A stretch of DNA of 64,000 bases from an uncultured Pelagibacteraceae bacterium (lineage in GTDB: Bacteria > Pseudomonadota > Alphaproteobacteria > Pelagibacterales > Pelagibacteraceae). The translations under genes were made by a program, and so were the position numbers. The first letter of the stretch is position 1, and each line of letters opens with the position of its first letter. The notes under the pieces were generated by a model, which did not search any database, was not told the DNA's origin, and saw nothing but the letters and a program-made list of their open reading frames with translations. Location: the NCBI GenBank assembly GCA_902522895.1, contig CABYXD010000001.1, positions 5,223-69,222 of the forward strand. Direction: 5' to 3'. This document shows positions 1 through 11,002 of the stretch, in pieces.

Positions 1-133
1 CAGATCCAGATGGACCCATTAAGGAATATATTTTTCCTGACTTAAATTTAAAAGAAATCTTTTTTAAAACTTTTACATTTTTTTTGGCAATAAAAGTTTT
101 TGTTAAATTTGATAATTCTATAACTTTATTCAT
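1..133 (-). CDS. lolD: Lipoprotein-releasing ABC transporter ATP-binding subunit, N-terminal part (runs off window)
   Basis: Manual translation MNKVIELSNLTKTF...IYSLMGPSGS (start of Walker A); overlaps the lolE stop. Confidence 0.88.
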   Translation of the reverse strand, partial: MNKVIELSNLTKTFIAKKNVKVLKKISFKFKSGKIYSLMGPSGS

Positions 134-1358
134 ATTTTAATGATTTAATTGGATCTAATTTTGCAGCTTTCATTGCAGGAAAAATTGAAACTAAAATTGT
201 GATAAAAATTGAACAAATTGCTATCAAAAAAATTGAACTAATATTTATTTCAGATGGCATTTTGCTCAAAAAATAAATCTCTTCTGGAAATAAAGTTAAA
301 TTAAAAGTTGTGCTAATAAACTCTCTTATATTTTCAACGTAGATTGAAAAAGTAACACCAAGTAATATTCCAAATAATGTTGCTGATGTTCCAATTATAA
401 CTCCAACTAAAAAAAATATTTTAATGATTGAATTATTTAATACTCCTATTGATTTTAATATTGCGATATCTTTAGTTTTATTTTTTACTAAAATTGTTAG
501 ACCAGAAATAATATTGAAAGCAGCTACAATTATTATCAAAGATAAGATTATAAACATAACATTTCTCTCTACCTTCAATGCTGAAAATAAAGATTTATTC
601 ATATCTGCCCAAGTAAATACGTAATGATTTGGAAAAATGTCTTGAACAATTTTTTTTTGGTTTTCAATTTGTTTTGGGTCTTTAAGATAAATTTCTAAAT
701 TATGGTCTTTTTCATTAAGATTAGAAAATTCTTCAAGTGTTTTTAAATTTAAAAAGATTATATTATTATCAAAATCGGCTAATCCACTGTCAAAAATTGA
801 AGAAACCATAAAAGTTTTTTGTTTAGGAAGGTTTCCTATTATTGTTTCTATTCCTGATGACGACATAATGCTAATGTTGTCTCCTATTTGTAAGTCAAAA
901 TTGAAACTTAGTTCCCTTCCAATGGATATAAAATTTTTTCTAAGTTTTTTATTTTCACCAATAAAATTTGGATTATTAATCAGTTCAAGTTTAGAAAAAT
1001 CTTCTTCTAAATAACCCCTTAAAATAATACCTTTTGAATTTTGATCACTAATAATAATACCTTCACTTGAATTACTTAATATTAAATTATTTGAAATTAA
1101 TTCTAATTTACGATTTTTAATATCTTTTATATCAATTTGTTGTTCATAAGGTTTGACTGTAATATGTGAATTAAAACCTACAATTTTATTAATTAGTTCA
1201 GTCCTAAAACCATTCATCACAGACATCACAATTATTAACACTGCTACACCTAGGCTAATTCCAATAAAAGAAAAGATTGAAATAACATTTAAAAAACCAT
1301 CTTTTTTTCTGGCTCTTAAAAATCTGAACGTTATTTCTTTTTCTAATGTAGAAATCAA
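126..1358 (-). CDS. lolE: Lipoprotein-releasing ABC transporter permease LolC/E
   Basis: 410 aa; SVMNGF motif, FtsX-type C-terminal TMs, FPAxKAAKLDP..LKYE end; followed by lolD. Confidence 0.92.
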   Translation of the reverse strand: MISTLEKEITFRFLRARKKDGFLNVISIFSFIGISLGVAVLIIVMSVMNGFRTELINKIVGFNSHITVKPYEQQIDIKDIKNRKLELISNNLILSNSSEGIIISDQNSKGIILRGYLEEDFSKLELINNPNFIGENKKLRKNFISIGRELSFNFDLQIGDNISIMSSSGIETIIGNLPKQKTFMVSSIFDSGLADFDNNIIFLNLKTLEEFSNLNEKDHNLEIYLKDPKQIENQKKIVQDIFPNHYVFTWADMNKSLFSALKVERNVMFIILSLIIIVAAFNIISGLTILVKNKTKDIAILKSIGVLNNSIIKIFFLVGVIIGTSATLFGILLGVTFSIYVENIREFISTTFNLTLFPEEIYFLSKMPSEINISSIFLIAICSIFITILVSIFPAMKAAKLDPIKSLKYE

Positions 1359-2689
1359 TATTTTGCTTTTTCTTCTTTAATTATTTTAATGATATCTTCT
1401 AATTTTAATTCTAAAGACTCATCACCGGTTCTTTTAAATTCTACTAAATCATCCCCACCTTTTTTACCAATAATAATTTGAAATGGCGCTCCAATTAAGT
1501 TCATTTTTTTTATTTTAGAAGAAAAATTTTCATCAGTATCGTCTATAATTGCTTCAATATTATTTTTATTAAGTTCACTATTAATCTTATTTGCTTTTTC
1601 TAAGGCTGTATTATCATTTTTACTAATCATAGGAATTATTGAAATATCATACGGTGCAACAGAAATTGGCCATTTCATGACTTCATTACTATCATCATAT
1701 TTAGCCTCTATTATTGCACCAACTAATCGTGAAACACCAATTCCATATGAACCCATCTTAACAAAATCTTTTTTTCCACCTGGTAAGTCTACAGATGCAC
1801 CCATTGGTTTAGAATATTTGTCACCAAAATAGAATATATGACCAACTTCAATGCCTTTAGTAGTTAATCTATTTTCTTTTGTGACTTTTTCCTCAAATTC
1901 TTTTTTATTAAATTTTTCATCTGTAACTGCATAAAATTTTTCATATTTTTTTCTTAATTCTTCTAAAGATTTCTTTTCAAGTTTAGTATCATCACTATTA
2001 ACTTTAAATATTCTTTCGTCTGCAAAAATTTTACTTTCGCCAGTATCAGCTAAGATAATAAATTCGTGGGAAAGATTGCCTCCAATCGGTCCTGTGTCGG
2101 CTGCCATTGGTATTGCAGTTAAATCTAAACGCTTAAATGTTCTTAAGTATGATAAAAAAAATTTATTATAAGAAAAAAAGGCCTCCTCATCTGAAACATC
2201 AAATGAATAAGCATCTTTCATATAAAATTCTCTACATCTCATAATTCCAAATCTAGGTCTTACCTCATCTCTAAACTTCCATTGTATATGATAAAGTAAT
2301 TGTGGTAATGATTTATAAGATTTTACTGAAGCTCTAAAAATATCTGTAACAAGTTCTTCATTTGTTGGACCATAAAGCATCTCTCTGTCTTGACGATCTT
2401 TAATTCTAAGCATTTCTTCACCATAATCATCATAACGTCCACTTTCTTTCCAAATTTCACTTGATTGAATGGTTGGCATTAAAATTTCTTGAGCCTCAAT
2501 TCTATTTTGCTCTTCTCTTACAATCTGCTCAATTTTTTTCATCACTTTTAAACCTAAAGGTAGCCATGAATAAATACCCGCCGATGATTGTTTTATCATT
2601 CCAACTCTAAGCATTAGTTGGTGCGATTTTATTTTAGCTTCTGATGGATTATTTTTTAAAATAGGGATAAATGATTGGGTTAAATACAT
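1355..2689 (-). CDS. proS: Proline--tRNA ligase (short form without editing insertion)
   Basis: SHQLMLR, GPTNEE, FRDEVRPRFGIMRCREFYMKDAYSF, GSYGIGVSR motifs. Confidence 0.97.
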   Translation of the reverse strand: MYLTQSFIPILKNNPSEAKIKSHQLMLRVGMIKQSSAGIYSWLPLGLKVMKKIEQIVREEQNRIEAQEILMPTIQSSEIWKESGRYDDYGEEMLRIKDRQDREMLYGPTNEELVTDIFRASVKSYKSLPQLLYHIQWKFRDEVRPRFGIMRCREFYMKDAYSFDVSDEEAFFSYNKFFLSYLRTFKRLDLTAIPMAADTGPIGGNLSHEFIILADTGESKIFADERIFKVNSDDTKLEKKSLEELRKKYEKFYAVTDEKFNKKEFEEKVTKENRLTTKGIEVGHIFYFGDKYSKPMGASVDLPGGKKDFVKMGSYGIGVSRLVGAIIEAKYDDSNEVMKWPISVAPYDISIIPMISKNDNTALEKANKINSELNKNNIEAIIDDTDENFSSKIKKMNLIGAPFQIIIGKKGGDDLVEFKRTGDESLELKLEDIIKIIKEEKAKY

Positions 2690-2690
2690 A

Positions 2691-2936
2691 TTATGTAATT
2701 ATATTTCTTAAGTTTAGGTAATCAAATTTTATTAATAAATAAATTATAATGAAAATAATAGTAGTTATTCCAGTACAATAAATGAATTTTTTAAGCATTT
2801 TTGGATTTTCGGGAGAACCAGGGTCTTCACCTCTAATTTCACCAATTTTTTGCCTATTTACATCAATTGGCAAGATTGCAAAAAAAATAACCCACCAAAT
2901 CATGATGTATATAATTGCTAAACCTGTGAGGCTCAT
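2691..2936 (-). CDS. DUF1467-family small membrane protein
   Basis: 81 aa, WW..FF.ILP and G.DPG.P..P motif; usual alphaproteobacterial position upstream of proS. Confidence 0.8.
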   Translation of the reverse strand: MSLTGLAIIYIMIWWVIFFAILPIDVNRQKIGEIRGEDPGSPENPKMLKKFIYCTGITTIIFIIIYLLIKFDYLNLRNIIT

Positions 2937-2937
2937 A

Positions 2938-4593
2938 TTAAATTTTAACTAAATTAATGTTAGTAACAGGTTTTTTTCCTGTTTTTTCTTTTGAAAATTT
3001 TCTACAAGCTATTTTAAGAGCATCTATCAAATTATGTTCTTGCTTTTTACTCCCTAATTTAAAAGATTTTGTAGTTTCTTCAATCACATCTTCTAAACCA
3101 TAAATGAATTCATCTGTGTCATCAATAGGAATACCTCTAAAAGTTAATAAAGGTGATTTATGAATATTTCCTTTTGGCGTAATTAAAATAGTAGCTTCAA
3201 TATATCCATTTGCACTTAAATTTTTTCTATCTTTAATAGATTGAGAGTCTTCATCTATGCTAATATTTCCGTCTAGATAAAGTCTACCACTAGGAGCTTT
3301 ATCAAAAACATGTGGTTTGCCAGGATATAATTTTACGATATCGCCGTTTTCTACTTGAACTGGATTTGGAACTTTCATTTCATTTGCAAACTTTACGTGC
3401 TCGATCATATGTCTATGTTCACCATGAACAGGAATAGTGCACTGTGGTTTAACCCATTCATACATTTCTTTAAGATCTTCTCTATTGGGATGTCCTGAAA
3501 CATGAACAAATTCATTTTCTTCAGATATAACTTCAATACCCTCTTTGACTAACTGATTGTGCAGTTTATACAATTTTTTTTCATTTCCTGGAATAATTTT
3601 TGATGAAAAAATTACTGCATCATCTTTTTCTATAAAAACATCTGGATGTGTATAATTTGCAATCCTCATCAATGCAGCCATTGGTTCTCCTTGACTACCT
3701 GTGCAAAGATAAACGATTTTTTCTCTAGAAATATTTTTTGCTTCTCTTGCATCAATTGGATCAATTACGTCTTTTAAATATCCACATTGTTTTGCCGCTT
3801 TAAATATTCTGTGCATTGATCTTCCGACTAGAGATATTTGTCTTCCTGTTTTTTCAGCGCAATAAAAAGCAGTTTCAAGTCTCGCAACATTAGAAGCAAA
3901 AGATGCGATTATAATTCTTTTTTTTAAACTACTCATAATATTCAACATACTTTTTCTAACATCTAATTCTGAACCTGCTTTACCAATGCTAAATACATTT
4001 GTTGAATCACAAATCATGGCCAAAACACCTTCACGTCCTATCTCTTGAAGCCGATTAGAATTTATCTTATCACCAATTAAAGGCTCAGGATCAATTTTCC
4101 AATCACCAGTATGTAAAATTACACCAGCTGGTGTTTCAATTCTAAGTCCATTAGGTTCAAGTATCGAATGAGTTAAAGTGATATATTCAATTTTGAATGG
4201 ATCTAAATTTACAGTTCCATTAAGTTGAACTATTTTGAGATATTTTGTGATATCAATATGTTTCTCCTTAAACTTTTCTTTTATTAAGATAGCTGTAAAT
4301 GGTGTTGCGTATATCTGGCATTTTAATTGAGGCCATAAATGAGCTATAGCACCTATATGATCTTCATGTGCATGAGTTAAAATAATACCTAAAAGATTTT
4401 CTTTTTTATCTACAATAAATCCAGGATCAGGATAGATTAAATCAATTCCAGGAAGGGTATCATCTGCAAACGTTACACCTATATCAACCATAATCCATTT
4501 ATGTTCACCTGGTTGACCGTAAGCAAACAAATTCATGTTCATTCCAATCTCACCAGATCCACCTAAAGGACAAAATAATAGTTCATCTTTCAT
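2938..4593 (-). CDS. rnj: Ribonuclease J
   Basis: PLGGSGEIGMN, THAHEDHIGA, GSQGEP, HVSGH, PVHGE motifs. Confidence 0.96.
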   Translation of the reverse strand: MKDELLFCPLGGSGEIGMNMNLFAYGQPGEHKWIMVDIGVTFADDTLPGIDLIYPDPGFIVDKKENLLGIILTHAHEDHIGAIAHLWPQLKCQIYATPFTAILIKEKFKEKHIDITKYLKIVQLNGTVNLDPFKIEYITLTHSILEPNGLRIETPAGVILHTGDWKIDPEPLIGDKINSNRLQEIGREGVLAMICDSTNVFSIGKAGSELDVRKSMLNIMSSLKKRIIIASFASNVARLETAFYCAEKTGRQISLVGRSMHRIFKAAKQCGYLKDVIDPIDAREAKNISREKIVYLCTGSQGEPMAALMRIANYTHPDVFIEKDDAVIFSSKIIPGNEKKLYKLHNQLVKEGIEVISEENEFVHVSGHPNREDLKEMYEWVKPQCTIPVHGEHRHMIEHVKFANEMKVPNPVQVENGDIVKLYPGKPHVFDKAPSGRLYLDGNISIDEDSQSIKDRKNLSANGYIEATILITPKGNIHKSPLLTFRGIPIDDTDEFIYGLEDVIEETTKSFKLGSKKQEHNLIDALKIACRKFSKEKTGKKPVTNINLVKI

Positions 4594-4594
4594 T

Positions 4595-5341
4595 TTATTT
4601 TATTAATTTTGAAATCTTTATTAAGCCTTTAATTGTTATATCTTGGTTATAAATTGCTTTTGTTTTAATTGAATTTTTAAATAAATTTGAAAATCCGCCA
4701 GTAATAATTACTTTAAAAGATTTTCTAGTTTCTTTCTTAATTAAATTAAGAATATTGTCAATTAAACCTGCATAACCCCAAAAAAAGCCTGATCTTACAG
4801 CAGTGATTGTATTATTTCCGATGACTTTATTAATTTTTTTTAAATCAATTTTTGGAATTAATGTGGCTTTGTCAAACAAGGTATTAAGAGACAATCTCAC
4901 ACCAGGTGCAATAATTCCTCCATAATAAGTATTTTTAATTAGAACATCGAAAGTTGTCGCTGTTCCAAAATCTAAGATTATAAAATTATTTTTGTTATTT
5001 ATTAAGCTGATAGCATTCGTAATTCTATCTGAGCCTACTTGTTTATAATCTACTTTGATTTTTATAAGTGATTTTAAGTTTAATTTTTTAACCTCAAAGC
5101 ATTTTAATTTAACTTTTTTTGATAAAAATTTTTTAATTATAGCAAATGTTTTGGGTACAACGCTGCAAAATAATATTTTTTCAATTTTATTTAATTGAAT
5201 TTTATTTTTTCTAAATAAACTATTAAGCTGTTTGTTGTTTACAGATTTTGATAAAAAAATAATTTTTTTTAAAATTTTATTATTTTTAGAAATAATACAT
5301 AATTTTGTTTCCGTATTACCAATATCACCTAGAATATACAT
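4595..5341 (-). CDS. coaX: Type III pantothenate kinase
   Basis: DIGNT, VGSDR, DFGTATTFD, GG.IAPG motifs. Confidence 0.94.
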   Translation of the reverse strand: MYILGDIGNTETKLCIISKNNKILKKIIFLSKSVNNKQLNSLFRKNKIQLNKIEKILFCSVVPKTFAIIKKFLSKKVKLKCFEVKKLNLKSLIKIKVDYKQVGSDRITNAISLINNKNNFIILDFGTATTFDVLIKNTYYGGIIAPGVRLSLNTLFDKATLIPKIDLKKINKVIGNNTITAVRSGFFWGYAGLIDNILNLIKKETRKSFKVIITGGFSNLFKNSIKTKAIYNQDITIKGLIKISKLIK

Positions 5342-5877
5342 TATTTAATTATATACAGTTTAGATAAATTTTTTTCAAAAAGTTGTTTTAGTTTATTTTC
5401 TACACTTATTTTACTAATACTTTTTTTAGTTATCTCTTGCAAGTTTGTAGTAGGATAATTCCTTATAATTGGATTTTTTTTGATATTTATCCCTATACCA
5501 GTAATTAAAAATTTTTTATCTCTTGCAAATATGACTTCTTGTAAAATCCCACTAATTTTTTTTTTATCAATAAGTAAGTCGTTTGGTTTTTTAAATAAAA
5601 TTTTTTTACTTGTAAATGATGAGAGTAATTTTTTAACTAAAAGACAATTGATTTTTGTTATAGTGTTAATCGATAGATTTGTTTGGTTTAGTTCATTGAA
5701 AAAAGAGATAAATAAATTTCCTTTTGCTGATATCCATTTTTTTCCATACTGTCCTCTACCATTTAATTGTTTTTCAGCGACAATCATACCTAAGTTATAT
5801 TTAGTTTCTTTAATAATTCGTATCGCAGTATTGTTTGTACTTTTAACTTTTTTAAATTTAAATTTTTTAAATTTCAT
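5341..5877 (-). CDS. birA: Biotin--protein ligase, minimal catalytic domain
   Basis: STN, Q..GRG..G..W, KPND, KKISGIL, GIGIN; 178 aa with no N-terminal HTH. Confidence 0.9.
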   Translation of the reverse strand: MKFKKFKFKKVKSTNNTAIRIIKETKYNLGMIVAEKQLNGRGQYGKKWISAKGNLFISFFNELNQTNLSINTITKINCLLVKKLLSSFTSKKILFKKPNDLLIDKKKISGILQEVIFARDKKFLITGIGINIKKNPIIRNYPTTNLQEITKKSISKISVENKLKQLFEKNLSKLYIIK

Positions 5878-7295
5878 TAAATAATATTAATTTTTGAAAC
5901 AACTTCTATTAACTGACTTGGGAATAAGAAGTATAAAAGAATTAATATTGTTGAAAATGTAAGTGAAAATTTTAGCCACAAGCTATGATCAGTATCGTAT
6001 TCGTCTTTTTCTTTATCAAAATAAATTATTTTTATAATTCTTAAATAATAAAAAGCAGCAACTACAGTAGATAACAATCCTACTATAGCTAAAAAATACA
6101 TTGATTGTTCTAATACAGCTTTAAAAACATAAAATTTTGCAAAGAAACCAGCTAGAGGCGGGATACCAGCTAAAGAAAATAGTATTACAAGTAAACATAA
6201 AGATAATAGTGGATGGTTTTTTGATAATCCTGAGAGATCATCAATATCCTCATAATATTGATCCTTTCTTCTTAGCATCAATAGACAAGAAAAAAGTGCT
6301 AAATTCATAACAACATAGATTGAAATATAGATTATTGAACTTTGTATTCCTTCATTTGATGCAGTAGCTAGTCCTGCTAATGTATAACCAATATGACTAA
6401 TAGAACTGTAAGCTATTAGTCTTTTAATATTAGTTTGTCCTATTGCAGCAACTGCTCCAAAAATCATCGAAGCAATTGATAAGAAAACAATTATCATTTG
6501 CCATTGATCAATTAAATTTAAAAAAGGAACATACAAAAATCTTATAAATACAGTTAAAGCAGCTATTTTTGGCACCATTGTAAAAAACAATGTTACAGTT
6601 GTTGGAGATCCCTCATAAACATCAGGTGCCCACATATGAAATGGAACTGCAGAAATTTTGAATGCTAAACCAACCAAGATAAACACAATTCCAAATGTTA
6701 AAACATATTCATCAGAATTTAGTTGATTTGATATTATATCAAAATTAGTTGAACCAGAAAAACCATATATCAATGAACATCCATACAACAATAATCCTGA
6801 CGATAATGCGCTTAAAACAAAATATTTTAAACCAGCTTCAGAGGATTTTAATTGATCTCTATTATATGTAGCTAGAACATAAAGAGCTAATGATTGTAAT
6901 TCTAAACCCATATAAAAAACAATTAAATCATTTGAGCTAATCATCACCATCATACCTAGAATAGAACTCAAAATAAGAATTGGGTATTCTATATTATATA
7001 TTTTAAAAGTCTTTAAATAGCTTGATGAAATAATCAAAACTAAAAAACCTCCAACTAAAGTTATAATTTTCATTAGTGAAGACATGCTGTCAATCACAAC
7101 ACTTTCATTAAATAAAGTTTCTCTAGTTATTAAGAAAGTTTCATTTATTGTTATTGTTGTAGTAATTAAAATTGCAAACAAAGACAAATTAAAAGTAATT
7201 TTAGAACCGTCTTTTTTAAACACACCCAAAACAAGTAAAAACATTATTGAAAGTGAGATAAAAATTTCAGGTAATACTAAATTTAAATTTTCCAT
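5877..7295 (-). CDS. nuoN: NADH-quinone oxidoreductase subunit N
   Basis: EAGLKYF, FKISAVPFHMWAPDVYEG; operon order. Confidence 0.97.
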   Translation of the reverse strand: MENLNLVLPEIFISLSIMFLLVLGVFKKDGSKITFNLSLFAILITTTITINETFLITRETLFNESVVIDSMSSLMKIITLVGGFLVLIISSSYLKTFKIYNIEYPILILSSILGMMVMISSNDLIVFYMGLELQSLALYVLATYNRDQLKSSEAGLKYFVLSALSSGLLLYGCSLIYGFSGSTNFDIISNQLNSDEYVLTFGIVFILVGLAFKISAVPFHMWAPDVYEGSPTTVTLFFTMVPKIAALTVFIRFLYVPFLNLIDQWQMIIVFLSIASMIFGAVAAIGQTNIKRLIAYSSISHIGYTLAGLATASNEGIQSSIIYISIYVVMNLALFSCLLMLRRKDQYYEDIDDLSGLSKNHPLLSLCLLVILFSLAGIPPLAGFFAKFYVFKAVLEQSMYFLAIVGLLSTVVAAFYYLRIIKIIYFDKEKDEYDTDHSLWLKFSLTFSTILILLYFLFPSQLIEVVSKINII

Positions 7296-7296
7296 A

Positions 7297-8778
7297 TTAT
7301 TTACTAGCTATATTTGTGTTATGCATATTAATTAAATCAGTAACAGAAACTTCAATAGTGTTGATTAACGGATCAGGATAAAAACCAAAAAACAAGATTG
7401 GTGCAGCTAAACAACTTAAAATGAAATATTCAGATCGATTTAAATCTAAAATTTTTTTAAGATCTTCATTTATTAATTTTCCAAATACCACTCTTTTATA
7501 GAGCCACAACATGTAAGCAGCTCCTAAAATCACCCCAATACTTGCTATAACAGCCACTAAAAAATTATCTTTAAAAGCTCCCATTAATATTAAAAACTCA
7601 CCAATAAAACCACTGGTTCCGGGTAAACCCAGAGATGCCAAAGCAAATAACATGAACAATATTGAATATTTTGGAATTACAGAAACTAGTCCACCATACG
7701 TACTTATCAATCTAGAATGCATTCTGTCATAAACTACACCAACAGTTAAAAATAATGCTGCTGAAACTAATCCGTGGCTAATCATTTGAATTATACTTCC
7801 TTCAATTCCTTGTTGTTGCAAAGTAAATATTCCTAAAGTTACAAAACCCATATGCGCAACTGATGAATAAGCAATTAACTTTTTCATATCTTCCTGCATT
7901 AAAGCTATAAGTGAAGTAAATATGATTGCTATAACACTCAAGGTGTAAATTAATGGTGTAAATACTTCAGATGCGATCGGGAAAAGACCTAAAGAAAATC
8001 TTATAAATCCATATCCAGCCATCTTTAATAATATAGCAGCTAACAAAACAGATCCAGCAGTGGGAGCCTCAACGTGTGCATCGGGTAACCATGTATGAAC
8101 TGGCCACATAGGTGTTTTAACAGCAAATGAACTAAAAAATGCTAACCACAATAGATTTTGATATTTAATATCAATACCAATTTCATATAATTGAACCACG
8201 TCAGTTGTTCCTGTAATCCAATAAATTGAAATTATTGCAACCAACATCAAAACAGATCCTAACAGTGTGTATAAAAAGAATTTGAATGCTGAATAAACTC
8301 TTCTTGAACCTCCCCAAATACCAATAATTAAAAACATTGGGATTAATCCAGCTTCAAAAAATAAATAAAATACTACTAAATCAAGTGCACAAAAAACACC
8401 AATCATGAAGCTTTCCATGATTAGAATTGCAATTAAAAAATCTCTTAATCTATTTTTAACAGAATTATTTACTGATATAATACAAAGTGGAGTTATAAAT
8501 GTGGTTAATATAATAAATAAAATTGAAATACCATCCACTCCAACTTTATAATTTATAAACCCTTCAATCCATGTTCTATCTTCTATAAATTGGAAACTAG
8601 ATGTAGATTGGTCAAAAGAAATCCACAGGTAAATTGAGATTAAAAAATTAACAACTGTTGTAAATAAAGCTACGTATTTAGCAGTTAAATTATTTCCTTC
8701 TTTATCTTTAGTAAAAAATAAAAATAAAGCACCAATTGTTGGCAATAATATTAAAGATGAAAGAATAGGAAAATTCAT
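7297..8778 (-). CDS. nuoM: NADH-quinone oxidoreductase subunit M
   Basis: HTWLPDAHVEAPT, LIAYSSVAHMG. Confidence 0.97.
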   Translation of the reverse strand: MNFPILSSLILLPTIGALFLFFTKDKEGNNLTAKYVALFTTVVNFLISIYLWISFDQSTSSFQFIEDRTWIEGFINYKVGVDGISILFIILTTFITPLCIISVNNSVKNRLRDFLIAILIMESFMIGVFCALDLVVFYLFFEAGLIPMFLIIGIWGGSRRVYSAFKFFLYTLLGSVLMLVAIISIYWITGTTDVVQLYEIGIDIKYQNLLWLAFFSSFAVKTPMWPVHTWLPDAHVEAPTAGSVLLAAILLKMAGYGFIRFSLGLFPIASEVFTPLIYTLSVIAIIFTSLIALMQEDMKKLIAYSSVAHMGFVTLGIFTLQQQGIEGSIIQMISHGLVSAALFLTVGVVYDRMHSRLISTYGGLVSVIPKYSILFMLFALASLGLPGTSGFIGEFLILMGAFKDNFLVAVIASIGVILGAAYMLWLYKRVVFGKLINEDLKKILDLNRSEYFILSCLAAPILFFGFYPDPLINTIEVSVTDLINMHNTNIASK

Positions 8779-10688
8779 TATTTAACTATTAAAAAGGTTA
8801 GTAAAGCAGAAAAACCTAACAACATTACAAATGCATATTGATAAATAAAACCATTTTGAAATTTAGTTGCTTTAATTGAACATTTTTTTATGAAAGAAGA
8901 AATTCCATCAGGACCAAAACCATCGATTATAGTTCCATCACAGAATTTCCATAAAAATAAGCCTAGTTTTTTTGAAGATTTAATAAACAATACATCATAC
9001 AACTCATCGAAGTACCATTTGTTAACTAAAAATTTATATAGGGGTTTATTCATCGATGCTATTGCATTAGGTAGCTCTTTGTTTTTGACAAATAAGTAAT
9101 AAGCAATTGGAATAGATAATAAAACTAAACATGGTGTTAAAAGTAAGAACCATAAAGGAGGATGCTCGGTACTTAAAGGCTCTAAAAACTTGATAGACTC
9201 TGCCCAGAATAAATTATCACCATGACCAATAAATAGACCTTTAAATAGAAAACCAGCAAAAACTGCTCCTAATGAAAGTATAAATAAAGGAAAAAGCATT
9301 ACCAAAGGAGACTCGTGTGTTTCATCTATTTTGATAACTTTATTATTATATTCTCCATGGAAAGTTTTGAAAATTAATCTCCATGAATAAATAGATGTTA
9401 AAAATGCTGTAATTATTCCGATGCCAGCAGCATAATAACCAACAGTATTTCCTCTTAAATACGCAAATTCTATAATTGCATCTTTAGAATAAAATCCTGA
9501 TAAAAAAGGAAAACCTGTTAAAGCAAGTGTTCCTATAATCATTAAAGCATATGTATATGGTAACTTTTTCCATATGCCGCCCATGTTATTTATATTTTGC
9601 TCATCTTTAAATGCGTGGATTACTGAACCAGATCCTAAAAATAATAGAGCTTTGAAAAATGCGTGAGTAAATAAGTGAAACATAGCAACATTGTAAGCAC
9701 CTACTCCAGCTGCAAAAAACATATAACCAAGTTGGCTACACGTAGAATAAGCAATTATTTTTTTTATATCTGTTTGAACTAGAGCCACTGTTGCCGCAAA
9801 GAAAGCAGTAGTCATTCCAACAATAGTTATAAAATTTAATATTAATGGTGAATATTCATAAATTGGAGAACATCTTACCACTAAAAAAACTCCAGCTGTT
9901 ACCATCGTTGCTGCATGAATCAATGCAGAAACTGGTGTCGGACCTTCCATAGCATCAGGTAGCCATGTATGAAGTAATATCTGTGCAGATTTACCCATTG
10001 CTCCAACAAATAAAAGTAAACAAACTAAATCTATTGCTTTAACATTAAAACCTAAAAAGGATAAATTTTTATTTTCAACTGTTGGAATTTGTTGAAATAC
10101 TTCTGAGTAATTAACAGTTCCAAATAAATAAAAAATTAAAAAAATTCCTAAAGCAAAACCAAAGTCACCTACTCTGTTTACAACAAAAGCTTTTATGGCT
10201 GCAGCATTTGCACTTTCTTTTTTAAACCAGAAACCAATCAGAAAATATGAACAAAGACCAACACCCTCCCAACCAAAAAATAATTGAATAAAATTATCTG
10301 AAGTTACAAGCATCAACATTGCAAATGTAAACAAGGATAAATAAGCCATAAATCTCGGCTTATGAGGATCATGAGACATGTAACCAATTGAATAAATGTG
10401 CACTAAAGCAGATACAGAGGTTACAACTACTAACATTACAGCTGATAATGGATCAATTAACATCGACCAGTTTACATCAAGTGATCCCGAGCTTATCCAC
10501 GTAGCTATAACTATATTTTCTTCATATTGATTTACAATTACTTGATAAAGAATATAAATTGATAAAAGTGCTGAAATTGAAACAAGCACACTTGTTAATA
10601 TTTCAGAATTTCTGTCCCCAATAAATTTTCCAAAAAAACCAGATATAATTGAAGCAATAAGTGGAAGAAATATAATTGATAGTTCCAT
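8778..10688 (-). CDS. nuoL: NADH-quinone oxidoreductase subunit L
   Basis: WLPDAMEGPTPVSALIHAATMV, HAFFKALLFL. Confidence 0.97.
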   Translation of the reverse strand: MELSIIFLPLIASIISGFFGKFIGDRNSEILTSVLVSISALLSIYILYQVIVNQYEENIVIATWISSGSLDVNWSMLIDPLSAVMLVVVTSVSALVHIYSIGYMSHDPHKPRFMAYLSLFTFAMLMLVTSDNFIQLFFGWEGVGLCSYFLIGFWFKKESANAAAIKAFVVNRVGDFGFALGIFLIFYLFGTVNYSEVFQQIPTVENKNLSFLGFNVKAIDLVCLLLFVGAMGKSAQILLHTWLPDAMEGPTPVSALIHAATMVTAGVFLVVRCSPIYEYSPLILNFITIVGMTTAFFAATVALVQTDIKKIIAYSTCSQLGYMFFAAGVGAYNVAMFHLFTHAFFKALLFLGSGSVIHAFKDEQNINNMGGIWKKLPYTYALMIIGTLALTGFPFLSGFYSKDAIIEFAYLRGNTVGYYAAGIGIITAFLTSIYSWRLIFKTFHGEYNNKVIKIDETHESPLVMLFPLFILSLGAVFAGFLFKGLFIGHGDNLFWAESIKFLEPLSTEHPPLWFLLLTPCLVLLSIPIAYYLFVKNKELPNAIASMNKPLYKFLVNKWYFDELYDVLFIKSSKKLGLFLWKFCDGTIIDGFGPDGISSFIKKCSIKATKFQNGFIYQYAFVMLLGFSALLTFLIVK

Positions 10689-10690
10689 AA

Positions 10691-11002
10691 TTACCCTTTT
10701 AACTTATTTATTTCTTCAACTCGTATTGTTCCAGAGTTTCTGAAATACACGACTATAATTGCCAAACCTATGGCTGCCTCTGCAGCTGCAACAGTAAGAA
10801 TAAACAAGGTAAAGACTTGTCCCGCCAAATCACCTAAATAAATAGAAAAAGCTACTAAGTTGATGTTTACAGCAAGTAATATCAACTCAATACTCATTAA
10901 TATAACAATAATGTTTTTTCTATTAAGAAAGATACCAATTATTCCAATTGAGAAAATTATAGCACTTAAAGTTAGATAGTGACCTAATCCAATATCAATC
11001 AT
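10691..11002 (-). CDS. nuoK: NADH-quinone oxidoreductase subunit K
   Basis: [19 protein letters not shown]. Confidence 0.97.
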   Translation of the reverse strand: MIDIGLGHYLTLSAIIFSIGIIGIFLNRKNIIVILMSIELILLAVNINLVAFSIYLGDLAGQVFTLFILTVAAAEAAIGLAIIVVYFRNSGTIRVEEINKLKG

